Shown: one piece after another, positions 1 to 13,312 of the stretch
How the letters are laid out: every line of letters begins with the position of its first letter
Numbering within the stretch: the stretch's first letter is position 1
Source: Heteronotia binoei
Taxonomy: Eukaryota
Reading direction: 5' to 3'
Length of the DNA stretch: 64,000 bases
Assembly (NCBI RefSeq): GCF_032191835.1
Contig: NC_083243.1
Location: 190,960,001-191,024,000, forward strand
Notes under the pieces: generated by a model
Told to the model about the DNA's origin: nothing
Database searches by the model: none
Seen by the model: the letters and a program-made list of their open reading frames with translations, nothing else
Made by a program: the position numbers and the translations under genes

Positions 1-130
1 GCAATGCTGATTCTGTGAACTTAGGCAGATCAAAGGAGGGCAGGGCGAGGTGTTTGTGATTTTCCTGAATTGTGCAGGAGGTTGGACTAGATGACTCTGG
101 AGGTACCTTCCAACTCTATGATTCTGTGAC
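1..130 (+). mobile_element. CR1 LINE 3' end
   Basis: Typical CR1 3'UTR 'ttggactagatgactctggaggtaccttccaactctatgattctgtga'; the same tail occurs at ~15400 and ~31450. Confidence 0.8.
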
Positions 131-144
131 TATAAACATTTTTA

Positions 145-392
145 ATGTTGCCAACTCCTTGTAAGGGCAGAAATGTGGAATGTGAATTTTGTAAATAAGC
201 TTCTGGTTGGAGATTTGGGTGGAGCCTGGGAGAGTACAGATTTTTCTGGGGGAAGGATCCTCATCAGGGAATAATGCCATAGAGTCCACCATCCAAAGCA
301 GCCATTTCCCCCAAGAGAACTGATTTCTACAGTGTGGAGATTAGTTGTAATTCCAGATCTCCAGACTTTGCCTGGAGGTTGGCAGCCATAAT
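145..392. mobile_element. degraded hAT-type MITE (TAGGGTTGCC-TIR family)
   Basis: Begins 'ttgccaactcc', ends 'cctggaggttggcagccata'; similar to 24960-25148. Confidence 0.6.
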
Positions 393-1253
393 TTTTCAAA
401 TGGAGATAAGGATATAGATTTCACAGCATTTGGCTTCCTTAAAGTGGAGGTTGCCATTCCAAGGGGTGTAGTTTGCCAGAAGGTGTTCAGCCCAGCTACC
501 AAGAGAGAAGGAAGACTGGCACTATATTTTTGTTGTTCTTCATAAGAGGAGATGTGTTTTACTTGGAGTTGCAACACCGTGTGTGTGCAGATATATGCAG
601 ATACATACATACCATGTAAGATAAAATTTATCAAGTATCTGTAAAACTTTGTGAAAAGATCTACACATCTCTAACTCTAGGGGGAGATATCTCCATCTGC
701 AATCACAACAGAGTTCCTGTCTGGTACTAGGTAACAGCTGGCTAGGTTGGCCAAGTCCCCTGTTCTGATTCTCTGGCAAGTATTATTTCTCTTGTGACTG
801 AGTTAAAACTTGAACAAATGTTGTTTACACAATTACTTGATTACGCCCTGAGAGAAAACAGTGTAGGAAAACTTCAAATGCTGTAAAGGGTGGTAATTGC
901 CAGAATACTGAAACTTTGCTTTGCAATCCCATATTCCCATGGAAATTGCTAAGCATTAAATTTATCAGAGAAAACTGATCACACTGCACTTACATATAGT
1001 ATGTGCCACTAATCTCTCTCCTCAGTGTTCTTCAGCTACGTTGCTGTGGTTTGTAATTAAGAGTTAAAGCAACCTGATAATCAGAATTTTATATAAACTA
1101 CCTTTACAGATGGCAGGCAGACTATATGTATGTCTCTGGGTGTATTCTATAAAATATAGATTTTTCTTTATATGTTAATTTTCTACAATGCAGTTTTTCA
1201 TGTCAGAAAGCATTCAAACATTATTTGTTCATCTGACATACAAGAATTACAAC

Positions 1254-1783
1254 TAGGGTTGCCAAGTCCAATTCAAGAAATATCTGGGGACTTTGGGGGT
1301 GGAGCCAGGAGACTTTGGGGGTGGAGCCAGGAGACATTAGGGGTGGAGCCAAGATCAAGGCTGTGACAAGCATCATTGAACTCCAAAGGGAGTTCTGGAC
1401 ATCACATTTAAAGGGATAGCACACCTTTTCAATGCCTTCCTTCCACAGGAAATAATGAAAGATAGGGGCACCTTCTTTTGGGGCTCATAGAATTGGACCC
1501 CGTGGTCCAATCTTTTTGAAACTTGGGGGGTACTTTGGGGAGAGGCACTAGATGCTATACTGAAAATTTGGTGCCTCTACTCCAAAAAACAGCCCCCCCA
1601 GAGCCCCAGATACCCGCAGATCAATTCTCCATGATTTTCTATGGGAATAAATCTCCATAGGGAATAACAGAGTTCCCAGTAGACATCTCCCTCCCCTCCC
1701 CCCGCTTTCTGACGACCCTGAAGTGGGGGGAGGCTCTCCAAACTGTGTGATCTCCTGCCCCCACCTGGGGATTGGCAACCCTA
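1254..1783. mobile_element. hAT-type MITE
   Basis: TIR TAGGGTTGCCA...TGGCAACCCTA; 8-bp TSD attacaac/atgacaac; internal 22-bp tandem unit; sister copy at 51298-51814. Confidence 0.85.
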
Positions 1784-1997
1784 ATGACAACATATAATTC
1801 TCTGCAGATCATTTAGCTCATTTCTAAAATATTATTTTAAATCAAATTCATTCAAGAAATGTGTACAATGCAAAAACTATTAAATCTGACTTTTGGTTTG
1901 CCTCAGCCATGCCAGAAGATCCTGACAGAACCAAAGCTGCCACTGAAAACAGGCCCAACTGTCTCTTTCCTTAACCAAGGAACATGAGAAGGAGCCT

Positions 1998-2575
1998 GTC
2001 GGGATTTGAAGTCAAGATCATGCCTCGATCTAGACCCGCCTGTGAGTAGTCGAACCTGTCCTCTTGTAGAGCGGCAGTTTATAGCTTAGAGAGGCAGAAA
2101 CAACCTTCTTAGAATATCCTCTTGAATATGTCAAGTCTGCTTTAACTCTGGTCAAGCCTGCACTCAATCCTTGGTTCAGGAGAGAAGCATCCTGGGTAAA
2201 GCCATGCTGTATGCCAATGCTGCTAGCTTGAACTCTCCTCACCCCCCTCCTTTCCTTTGTTATGTGGTTGTGCTTTGAAATGGGAATATGTGAAAGAGAT
2301 TATCGGGCCTTCTCAGGCTGGGCATCGGGGGAGGTTGGAGCCGAAGAGACGCTCAAGGCCAAATCAGGCCTGAGAACGAAATTGTAACATCAATGTGTGA
2401 ATGTGCCCTGCATAGTACCCCTCCCTCAAGAATCCCTTTGAAGTGCACCTTATATGATTGCATTCTACTGTATGATCTTTAGTCTTTCAATCTCCTTGTA
2501 GTCGAGAACCATGATATCAATAAACTAGCTCCTTTGTTATCAACAAAGCCTCGTTATTGAATCTGCCGACTTGAC
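1998..2575 (+). mobile_element. LTR, probably the 5' LTR of the adjacent Gypsy remnant
   Basis: TGTC...GACA termini, AATAAA at ~2519, followed by Gypsy pol remnants; no TSD partner seen. Confidence 0.6.
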
Positions 2576-4600
2576 ATTATATCATAGCAGAAGGCACTAC
2601 CTGGCCCAAAATGGAATACAATGGATGCCAACCAGGTAAGAGCCTGGGAACGTATTTTGGAAGGTGAGTCAGAGCAGCTGACTGACTAATGGCCCTCTCC
2701 ACACCCCAGAGAGATGCATAACTGTAAGACGAGTCTCCCAAAACCTATTGACTAACCCTTGGACTAATCACTTCGCCAATTACTATAGACAATTCATTAC
2801 GGACTTCGGCTCCTTAGCTGTGCCACTTACTAGGCTGCTACAACCCTGGGAGTCCACTGGACACCAGCTGCCCAGCAAGACTTCCAGGGGTTAAAAAGCT
2901 TTCCCCCCGAGCCACTGCTGCGCTACCTGGACCCCAGTTTGCCACTTGTGGTGGAAACAGATGCCTCCGAGAGTGTGCTTGGAGTTATTTTACCCAGCAA
3001 GAAAAATGACAAAGCCATTATGTCCTTGTGCCAACTACTCATGACAAACTCACTCCTGCCAAGCAGAATTATACAATCTGGGAGTGGGAGCACTTGGTGC
3101 CTTGGAAGCCTGGCACTGCCACCTGGAGGGTGACACTCAGTGTATGTGTGGAAGGATCATCACAACCTTGAACATCTGCAAATGGCATGCTGGATTAACC
3201 AAAGGAAGATACCAAAAGATTTCCTTTTCCAGGTTTCATCGAATGGTGACATACATCCCCACGTCCCAGAACAAGTGGGCGGGTGCCCTATCCAGGAAGT
3301 GAAAATACTCTGCCTCCCTGTCCTAGGGCCAGAAGCAACCCTTGGCCACAGTTCTGCTACCCAAAGTCTTCATCACCATGCCTCTGTTTTCCCTGCTCAG
3401 AGAGCGGATATGGGGACAGCAGCAAAATGACCCCTCGGCACAGAGAAAGCTCCAGAGTCTCTGAGATACCAAGCAAGAGACACCAGAGGGTTACACAGAG
3501 CAATGGGGGATGCTTACCCATCAATGTCAGCTTTATATGTACCACCTGGACCCCTGAGAATGGAAGTCCTGCATCTCACCCACAACATTAGCCAGCTGGG
3601 CACTTTAGACAATGCAAGACTCTCCACTTGCTACCCTGAGAGTTCTGGTTGCAGGTGGATGTGGCTCAATAAATCAGCTCCTGTCAGGGGTCATTTTGTA
3701 GAAAAATAGGTGGTGGAGCTCATTAGCATAACTCATTAGCACATGTCATCCCCCCAGCCAAAAGCAACCCAATGCAAGAGAGGAGACCCCCAGGCGAGCG
3801 AAGCCTGCTTGGGCTGGCTAGAGATCCAGCCAGCCCAAACAGGCCTCACTTGCCTGGGGCAATCCTGGGCTACCCCACCCCCCACAGTCAAAAGGCCAGC
3901 AAGCCACCCACCACCCAAAATCACATAAGAAATGGAGAAAGGGTGGTGTAGGCTTCTCCAAGGGTTAATGGGGGCTGCTGAGGGCATAGCAAAGCCCTTG
4001 GTGGCTGGTTGCCCGCTCTCCTAATCTAGGGATTGTTATGCAGCTGCACCTACTAGTCAATGGACAAGGTAGGTGGGGAGGAAGAGGGGGAACCCTCAGA
4101 AAGGTTCAGGAGTTGTGCTTCTGTGAACTCCTGCTGAATCTGAGGCCTGGCTCCCGTGATGTTTGCCAACAAGCCAAGAACCAACCCAGAAAACCAGCAG
4201 GACTGCTAGATCTCCTGCCGACTCCCTCAGGACCCTGGCAGGCCGTGTCTATGGATTTTATATTTGACCTAACTAACTGAAATGGGTATATGTATCCTAG
4301 TAGCCATGGATCTCCTCACTAAGATGGCCTATTTCATCCCATGTATTGGCCTTCCCACAACTCATGAGACTGCTCAGATGTACCTGCAGAATATTTTCTG
4401 ACTTCATGGACTAACAAAACACTTAGTATTGGATCATGGAGTACAGTTCACATCCCGCTTCTAGTGATCTCTATATTCCTTGTTGGGTACCTGAGTACAT
4501 CTGTTGCCAGCTCACCACCCCCAGTCAAATGATAGTTTGATGGGCCAAAGGCTTGTACTGCACAGTCCCACTGAGCCCCAATGAATCAGGATGGTCAGAT
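2576..4600 (+). mobile_element. degraded Ty3/Gypsy pol (RT-connection, RNase H, integrase)
   Basis: Translated fragments FANYYRQFITDFGSLAVPLTRLL, PLVVETDASESVLGVIL and KPAGLLDLLPTPSGPWQAVSMDF in RT-RH-IN order, with many frameshifts. Confidence 0.85.
3685..4149. mobile_element. hAT-type MITE nested in the Gypsy remnant
   Basis: CAGGGG...GGCCTG ends, 8-bp TSD gctcctgt/gctcccgt; short sister copy at 9830-9988. Confidence 0.8.
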
Positions 4601-4794
4601 TTGCCACCATGCCAGGAGAATTATACTTTATGACGATGATATGGAGAAACAGAATGGTTTCTAGTTGGTAAAGGTGTCAGACATTGATGTATTTGATCTC
4701 CATATCTCTTCAATATATATGCAAAACATATCATAAGGAAAACTGTATTAGATTGACATGAAGGAGGAGTGAAAATTGGTGGAAGGGACATTTT

Positions 4795-5020
4795 GGGTGT
4801 GTTCAGACGCTCCTTTAGTTCCGACATAGGCACGTTTCCCATTCGGATTTCCTGAGCACGTCCAGACTTCCACATCTGTTACTCAGCAGCAATCTGTAGT
4901 CATCCCAACTTGCCCCAGATTAATCTTGTCACAGTTTGACCCCAGAGAAAGTGCGGTCCTTCCTGCTTGGTGCAGCATACAATCGGGTTATTTCTGTCTG
5001 AACGGCTCATCCGTTATACA
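4795..5020. mobile_element. possible Harbinger-like MITE remnant
   Basis: 'ggtgtgttcagacg' ... 'tgtctgaacggc' resemble the termini at 17465 and 63305. Confidence 0.4.
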
Positions 5021-5336
5021 GCCTGTTTGCACTTCCCTCAAACTGCGACCATTTCTGGCGCCATTATTAACAGACAAATTCATGTGTGCGCATGACCACG
5101 TAACCGTTTAGCAGAGTTTTGCATTTTCCCTGTCAATACGGGCTACACGGGAGCAGAATCTTTCTTTTTAGAGGAACTGGAATATAATATCTCCATTATG
5201 TGAGATCTCCATGTGTCAACGTCAAATCCCACTTCTCCCTGAAAGTAGTTCTCTGCTGATCAGCAGTTTGAATGTGTCTGGCTAGGCTTCTCTCCCTCCT
5301 CCCCTCACAAGGATCCCTTCCCACAACAGCTGTTTT

Positions 5337-5975
5337 TCAATTTATTTATTTATTTATTTATTACTTTCAATTTATATCCCGCCCTCTCTGCAAGCGGACT
5401 CAGGGCGGCTCACAACATCATAAAATACAATCAATCCAATAAAACATATAAAACCATAATTTAATTATTTCAGTTTTAAAACCATTCTATGGTGCTGTTT
5501 CAGTACAATATAGGCGGTATTGAATTTTCGACTGTGATCCCCAGCATTCTATAAGATGTCCGGTGGCAGCCCTTTTTCAATCTACAGCAAAAGCCTGCTT
5601 AAACAATTCGGTCTTACAGGCCCTGCGGAACGCAGACAAATCCCGCAGGGCCCTTATGGCTTCTGGGAGGGTGTTCCAAAGTTCTGGTGCTGCCACCGAA
5701 AAAGCCCTGGATCTCGTTACACACAACCTGGCTTCTTTTGGCCCAGGGGCGGACAACAGGTTTTTTGTCCCTGATCGCAGTGCTCCCTGGGGGATATATG
5801 GGGAAAGGCGGTCCCGTAGGTAGGCAGGTCCCTGACCATAAAGGGCTTTAAAGGTTAATACCAACACCTTGAAGCGAACTCGGAACACAACAGGCAACCA
5901 GTGCAGCTCCCTCAGCACTGGCTGAATGTGCTCCCATCGCGGCAGCCCCATTAACAGCCATGCACGAAATGCATT
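5337..5975 (-). mobile_element. L2 LINE 3' fragment
   Basis: ORF 5577-6131 contains WEHIQPVLRELHWLPV...RAFSVAAPELWNTLP (L2 ORF2 C-terminus); (TAAA)n tail. Confidence 0.9.
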
Positions 5976-6519
5976 GCAACTACCCCAGGCTTTTTTTCTC
6001 TTTTTTTTAAACATATGCACTGAAATTGTCATTCTCCAGGAAACGTTCTGGCTTCCCCACGCACTCTCTTCCAAAAGTTTAACTGCAGCCTTCAGCTCGC
6101 CCTGTAATAAAAGAGCATCATCCAGATTCAACTCTCTCTCTTTTTAAAAAAGTTTTGGAAAGGGCTGCTTTTCTTTCTGGGAAAGTGATCAGTCATCAAC
6201 AATAACACTAATAACAAGAGGGGGAGAAGGGTTGCAGGAGGTGTGGAAAGCAAGAAAGCCCTCCTCGCTGCCCAAGGTCCGAATCCAAATCTTTTTGCCT
6301 CACCATCCATCTACAAATGTCTTGAGTTCTAGAGCAACCATATCGACAAAGAGATTGCAACCCACCAACCCCCGTGGGAAGTGTGTAGGGTGTGTATGTG
6401 TGTGCGCGTGTTGGGAGGAGGGGAAGAAAAAGGCAATTGGGATCTCTTCATTCCCCCCCACCAAAGTGTGTGCACATATTTGCTTCTCTCTCCGTTCCAG
6501 GTTTTGCCGGAATTTGTTA

Positions 6520-7480
6520 TTTCATTTTCATTTCATTTCATTTCATTTCATTTCATTTCATTTCATTTCATTTCATTTTCATTTTATTTGATTTATATCC
6601 CGCCCTACCCCACCAAGGCGAGCTCAGAACGGCTCACAGCATAATAATTCTAACAATAAGGTTTAAAAATTAAAATACGATAATAATTTACATAATTAAA
6701 AACAACCAGTATATTAATCAATGTCAGTATGCTATCTTATTGTCTTGCTTCAGACTATTTCAATGCCGGTCAGTTATAAGCCAACCGGAAGAGGACTGTC
6801 TTACAGGCCCTGCAAAACTGTCCAAAGTCCTGCGGGGCCCTGACCTCTTCTGGTAGCTGGTTCCACCAGCAAGGGGCTGTGATTGAGAAGGCCCTGTCCC
6901 TAGTCGACTTCAGCCGGGCCTCCTTTGGCCCGGGGATTACAAGCAGATTTCGAGAGCCGGATTGCAGCACTCTCTGGGGAGCATATGGGAAGAGACGGTC
7001 CCTAAGGTAGGCAGGTCCTAGGCCATATAGGGCTTTAAAGGTAATAACCAGCACCTTGTACCGAACTCAGTAAATTATTGGCAGCCAGTGCAGTCCCCGG
7101 AGCCCCGGCTGAATGTGCTCCCGTCTAGGGAGCCCTAATAACAGCCGAGCGTGGCGTTCTGCACTAGCTGCAACTTCTGGGTTTGGCACAGGGGCAGCTC
7201 CATGTAGAGGCCATTACAGTAATCCAACCTTGAGATGACCGTTGCATGCATCACTGTTGCCAGATTGTCCTGCTCCAGGAAAGGAGCCAACTGTCTTATT
7301 TCAAGCACATGCCCACAAGAAGAAGTGATACAGGTCTGCGATGTCTGATCATTCAAATACGGGACCAGTGCGGGACCGCTCTCTTTCGGGAGTGGTCATC
7401 TGATCAGAAATGTGCCGATTCAAAGTTGGGCGGTTCAAATTGGAGCGTGATGCATCCGCTTTTAGTGTAAGGTCTGACTG
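6520..7480 (-). mobile_element. L2 LINE 3' fragment with (TGAAA)n tail
   Basis: ORFs 7135-7356 (SRLDYCN) and 6770-7054 (FKALYGLGPAYLRDRL); (TTTCA)n at ~6520-6585. Confidence 0.9.
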
Positions 7481-9087
7481 CACCCTTTGACAATTTGAGA
7501 TATACAGATGACCCCACATTATTGGCACATAATAGTGAAGACCAGGGCTTTTTCCCCTGGGGGAATGCAGCAGAATAGAGTTCCTGAATCTCTTTGTGGA
7601 AACAAAATTCTTAAAAGCTCATGAGGGGGTCCCAAATATTCAACTCTTGGAAGAAATGTTCTAATTTTCTCCCATCTATCATCACCCTTGATGCTGCAAG
7701 TGAAACTACTCAGGGTACAAACTTCTTATAGAAATTATATGAAGTTAAGCATTAGTAACAGTTAAATGTCAAATTGCTGCAAAATGAATCTTAAACTGAA
7801 TTAGCTTGAGGGAAAGATGATCAAAAATCAGGTAGACACCACCAAATAGGGCAAAAACAAGTTCAATGGCTGCACTAGGTCAGACCTAGAAAAACAATTT
7901 AGGCAACAAGGCAGATTAGGAAACTCCAGATTTGAAAAGGGACATTCTTGAAAGCTATTCTGCAATGTATTAAAAGCATCCCCCCACAGAGTGCATTAAA
8001 GTAGTCTATATGTACTCTTAAGTATCTCCAATGTCAGCATGATGGAATACCACCTTAAAGAAGCAAATTTCTGATATTTGACTTACTTTTAAATGATAAT
8101 TGTGTTGCAGTGATTGGGTTTTAAAAATTTCACTCCCAAATCTTTGTACAGAGGTGAGAAGCAGCAGAGAAAGAACGGCTATTATATGCCCTGAGCGTTG
8201 TAGATTATTTATTTTTATTGAGGAGCAAGAAACTATTATTATTTATTGAGTAAGGAATCAACACAGGAAGTCATTTATGACCTCCATCTAATCCTTGGAG
8301 TTACATAATCCAGTTCAGCTGATGTTCATAGGACCTAGCCTCCAGAAAAGCATCGTTAATTGAATTTCATCAACTTTGTGCTCAGAGCAACTCAACTGTC
8401 TTGGGAAAATTTTGTAACAGGTCTAAGAAAGCAAAACTCTCAGTCCTCAGTATTTCTTCTTCTTTTACTATACAAGGTGCTAAAGATGCAAACATAATGT
8501 GTACAGGGGGACCAATAACCCCTCCTTAAAGATTAAGAAAAACTTCTCTTAATTTGGATCGCGACACAGTAGAATGAGGTATTTGTTCAGGAACACCCTC
8601 CCATTCTCCACGATGAGTCCTTATCTTTTCTGCAAAGGGTCCCACACATACAAGGGCTACAATATACTCACAAAATAACTGTGGTTTTGACAGGGTGAGG
8701 GTGTGTGGATGGAGGGCTCCCTTTTGCAGATTAAGAGACTCAAGTGCAATGATTTATCAGAAGACCCAACAGTTTCATATATATCAGAGAATGTACAGTA
8801 GCAGCCACCATTGGAGGGCTGTGCTGGCTGCCCACTGGTGCATCTGAGGCGTAGCATGGTTGTGAGTGGTTCAGGGGCATGGCCAGAGTTAGTTGGCCCC
8901 CCGAGCCTTTGCAGCCTGGGACACCCCCCCCCCCATGCAGAGAGTTGCTCTAACAAAAAAACATTGTATAGTCTATAGGTGGCAATAGAACCAAAAACTC
9001 AAGTCTCCCCCCATCACTGCAGCCTTCGGCTTGAAGGAGCTCAGGATGCTGACTACTGGCTCAGACAAATACCTCCCCTCCCCACAG

Positions 9088-9800
9088 CAGCCAAGCCCTT
9101 GCCGTGTGGACTCAGAGCAAGCAGTGAGGCGCTTCGATCGATCGTGGGAAAAGCACAGAGAGGGAGGGCACTTAGTACTGCCAGGTGAGCACTTAGCGCT
9201 AACACACAAGGAGGAGAGCAACGTCCCTGCTCTGTGGCTGACCTCTCCTACTTCATGTCACCCTTTCACTCCTTTCCTTGCAGAATCGGAGTCTTGAGCA
9301 GCAGCCGCAGGTGGTGCTGCGGATGGACCACACCATCAATCTGTCAGAACTTCAACGAAGGACAGGTGAGGATAATTTGGATGGTACCATTATGTGCCGT
9401 GGGGGGGGGGGTTTCATGGTGACTCCCCCCCCCCCCCACACACAAGCAGTTGTATTTGCAGATCCTGTCAGGACACCACACCCATGGCTGAGCCCAGTAT
9501 GGCAGTCATGTCTGCTTCCCACGGATAGACATTTGTTTTACTTTTCTGCAGGTGAAGATTCCACGGGGAGACTTGTGAGTGTGGCAAGTTTTGCCTCCCT
9601 TCCACAGCCTGCTAAGTCTGCAGTTCCAGCCCTCTTTCTGAAGTGTAGCGCTGAACTCAGCTAGCCTTTTCAAGTTCCACCTGCAAGACCATCCCACTTA
9701 GATGAATGCCATGCCAAGGATCCTCAGTCCTTTTCCCTGTAGATCCAGGGAGGAAGCGAATGGAGTCTTGACACCTCACCTCGGTTTGCTGTTCAATAAA
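9088..9800 (+). other. last exons of an unidentified spliced transcript (exons 9088-9184, 9284-9365, 9552-~9820)
   Basis: GT-AG introns of 99 and 186 nt with polypyrimidine tracts, a ctgac branch-like motif in the first, and AATAAA at 9795-9800; one frame is open across the three exons (...RALSTARIGVLSSSRRWCCGWTTPSICQNFNEGQVKIPRGDL*). Confidence 0.55.
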
Positions 9801-9829
9801 GTCTGAGTTGTGCCATAAATGTGTCTCTT

Positions 9830-9988
9830 CAGGGGTCGTTTTGTAGAAAAAAAGGTGGTGGAGCTCATCCAGGGATTGTTATGCAGCTGCACCTACTATT
9901 CAATGGACAAGGTGGGAAGGAGGAGGTGGAACTGTCAGAAAGGTTCAGGAGCTCGGCTCCTGTGAGCTCCCACTGAATCCAAGGCCTG
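9830..9988. mobile_element. short hAT-type MITE (same family as 3685-4149)
   Basis: CAGGGGTCGTTTTGTAG...AAGGCCTG; degenerate 8-bp TSD tgtctctt/tgtatctg. Confidence 0.75.
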
Positions 9989-10141
9989 TGTATCTGTCAC
10001 ACTGGTTTTGACTACATGATCTCCTTCCCTGCCCCTCCATGGCCCAACCCCTCTTCAGCCCATTTATGAGGGATTACTGAAAACATGTCTTAGAGGGAGG
10101 GCTCTCAGGTGTCTTGTGTGGCTGTGGATAGTTGTTCATGT

Positions 10142-12138
10142 CAGCGTTTCCCAATCTTTTCGACGTAGCGGTACCCTTGACCTCGCTCTTCATATCTAAC
10201 GGTACCCTTGAGGAAAACACCTATTTTTTTTTTTTAAAAAAATTGATTTACTTTCTAGTTACATGAGAGACATGATAGTTTATTGCTGTAAAGCTTCTGT
10301 CTAGGCATTAATTAATGATGTGAAAATGAACATAATTTAAACGAATTAAATTAAGACAGAATAGTCAGCAGCATGTAGGGGGGGAAACAGGTTAACAGTG
10401 CCATCCTAAATGGAGTTTCATCCTTCTAAATTCATCGATGTCAATGGGTTTAGGGTGTGACTCTGTTTCACACAGTACTGTTATCCCCTGATTGGGTGCA
10501 CTACAACTTTGCAGCCATTCATCCAAGAGTGGCTACTCCAAAATAAACCTAATTAGAAAATAAGTCTAACTACTCTGTGTTATTCTTTCAAATCATTAAA
10601 AGTAAATGGGAGCTGAGGAGGCGGCCAGCCTGGGAGAGTTGGGCTGCAACTTAGTGCGACTCGTGGAAGGATCTCTCCCCACACCCGTGAGGGAGGGGGT
10701 CCGTTTTGCGCCAGTTTGGCACCCACCATTTTAGGTGCCTTAGAGAAGAGGGGCAGAGCTCTTGCCGCCACCAACAAGGCTGCCCGCACGGCGCCCGCTC
10801 TCTGCCTCACCTCCCTGTCCCATCAACCCACTTATCTCCCAGTAGTCCCGGCTCTGTGCACTTGCCTTGACTTGCCGCCTCCCACTCCCTCTGTGCAAGT
10901 GGAATCACGCTCAGCAGCCTCAAGACCCCTGGCCCCTTCCCCTGCACACTCTCCTCACGGCAAGGCATGTTGCTGAACTGGCTGCTGACCAGTCTGCCGT
11001 CCACTCAATACTAGGGTCACCGGCAGCACCCAGGACAGAGGAGGAGGAGATCTGTCTGGTGGCATGGGGAAAAAGCGGCAGAGGCATCGGACTCATGCTG
11101 CTCTGCTCGCCGCCTGCTGCTGATCAGCACAGCATGTGCAAAAAGGCAGACGCCAAGAAGGGGGGGCCAGGTGGCACCTCCTTGCTTGTACATGTGGTGG
11201 CGCTGCCCGCCTTGCAGGTGTGCATTTTGTGGAGTCGCCCTGCACCTGGCCAGCCTGGTCAGAAGGAGGTGGCAGGTGGGGGGGGGATTTGGCTGGTGTC
11301 GCGATACAGTTACATCTTGTGGTACCCCTCAGAAGTGTTCGTGGTACCCCGGGGGACAGCGGAACCCCAATTGGGAATCACTGCTGCAAGGTAAGAAAAA
11401 ACATGAGTGGTCCAATGAGCTTCATGGTTGAGTGGGAATTTGAACTCCATTTTAGGTGCCTTAGAGAAGAGGGGCAGAGCTCTTGCCGTTGCTGACAAGG
11501 CTGTCTGCATGGCACCCACTCTCTGCCTCACCTCCCCGTCCCCTCAACCCACTTATCTTCTAGTAGTCCCAGGTCTGTGCGCTTGCCTTGCCTCACTGTC
11601 TCCTACTCCTTCTATGCCAGTGGAATTGCACTCAGCAGCCTCAAGAACCCCAGCCCCCAAGGCCCACCCAGCAAACGTTTCCCTGCATGTTCTCCTCGTA
11701 ACACGGCATAGAGGGAGTGAACTTGTTGCTCACCAGTCTGCCGACAACTCAGTACTAGGGCTGGCAGCAGTGCCCAGCCATCTGTCCAGGGGACGGAGGA
11801 GAAGGAAAGCAGCCAGGTGATCTGCCTGGTGGTGCGGCGAAAAACGGGCAGAGGCAACAGCAGTAGTGGCAGGAGACACGTGCAGCTGTGCTCACTGCTT
11901 GCTGATCAGCACAGTGTGTGCAAAGAGCAGGTGGGGCCAGGCAGAGCCTCCTTGCATGCACATACAGCGGTGCTGCCAGCCCCGTGTGCATGCAGTTTTT
12001 TTAATTGCTCTGCGCCTGGCTGGCCTGGTCGGATGGAAGGTGGCAGGTGGGGGGCACAGTACATCTACATCTTGCGGTACCCCTAGGAAGTGTTTGTGGT
12101 ACCCCAGGATACCATGGAACCCCGGTTGGGAACCACTC
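10142..12138. mobile_element. non-autonomous hAT element with a duplicated right end
   Basis: Left TIR CAGCGTTTCCCAA; right-TIR-like motifs at 11371-11383 and 12126-12138; diverged ~670-bp direct repeats (10725-11383 and 11448-12138). Confidence 0.6.
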
Positions 12139-12279
12139 GTTCAATTCCTACTGGCCATAGCCATCTGCTAAACATAGCGGCCAAGCAGCATCTCCAAACC
12201 TGACCTAACAACAGGTTTCCTCCCTCACCTTGCAGGCTTCTGTGTGAAGGGGGCGGGGTAGAGGGTGGTCTGGGTGAGT

Positions 12280-12445
12280 GAGACCCAGATTCCATTCCCC
12301 ACTTCTTCCATGGAAGCTAGGTAGGTGGCCTTGGCCCACATGCACACTCTCAGCCTAACCAACATCCCAGGGTTGTTGTGAACATAAAATGGAGAAGGGG
12401 AAAATGATGGAAGCCACTTAGGGAAGAAAGGTAGGAAATAAATAG
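12280..12445 (+). mobile_element. old tRNA/L2-related SINE remnant
   Basis: 'ctcagcctaaccaacatcccagggttgttgtg...aaataaat' resembles the Squam3/MIR-like body and tail. Confidence 0.5.
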
Positions 12446-13030
12446 AATGAATGACTGAAGTTCATAACAGTGTGTCTGCTCTAGGGAAAGGGAGCTTCTG
12501 TGAAGATAACACTGAGGGGGTGGGGATCATGGGGGTCCCCATTGTCAATGGTTGGGGTGGGGGCAGTGCAGTGGAAGGAAATTGATGTTTTTGTGGGTTG
12601 TGTGAGGTTTTAGGGGTATGCCCACTGAACATACTGGCATGCAGGAACATGGTTTCCATTGCAATGCATCACAGCTACATCACTTACACCTGGAATACGG
12701 AATAGAACTGGAATGACAATTTCTAAGCACCAATTGTGCTGGAACTGCAATGACAGAGCCCAGAGTGGAATGACAGTCATGTTGTCCCTTCCTCCATTCC
12801 GGGGATCTGGAAACAACAAACAGCAATCCAAGGTAGTCTTACAGGGCCACAGCCAGCACCCCCTGAGCCTGGGAGCCAGTTAAACATGACCATGGGAGGC
12901 CGGATGAGAGTCTCACCCTGAACAGGAGGGCAGCTGCAAGAAAGCACCCAGGTCTGAAGGGGGCATGCAATTCTGAAGGAGTCCCACATCCAGGTAGAAG
13001 GATGGTAACCCAAGTGGTCCCTCTTCAGAC

Positions 13031-13312
13031 AGAAGAAGAAGAAGATATTGGATTTATATCCCGCCCTCCACTCCAAAGAGTCTCAGAGAGGCTCACAATC
13101 TCCTTTACCTTCCTCCCCCACAAGAGACACCCTGTGAGGTGGGTGGGGCTGGAGAGGGCTCTCACAGCAGCTGCCCTTTCAAGGACAACTTCTGCCAGAG
13201 CTCTGGCTGACCCAAGGCCATTCCAGCAGCTGCAAGTGGAGGAGTGGGGAATCAAACCCGGTTCTCCCAGATAAGAGTCCGCACACTTAACCACTACACC
13301 AAACTGGCTCTC
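13031..13312 (-). mobile_element. Squam3-like SINE, full length
   Basis: tRNA head (gagagccagtttggtgtagtggtt...) and L2-like tail with (CTT)n; near-identical to 55795-56072. Confidence 0.85.
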
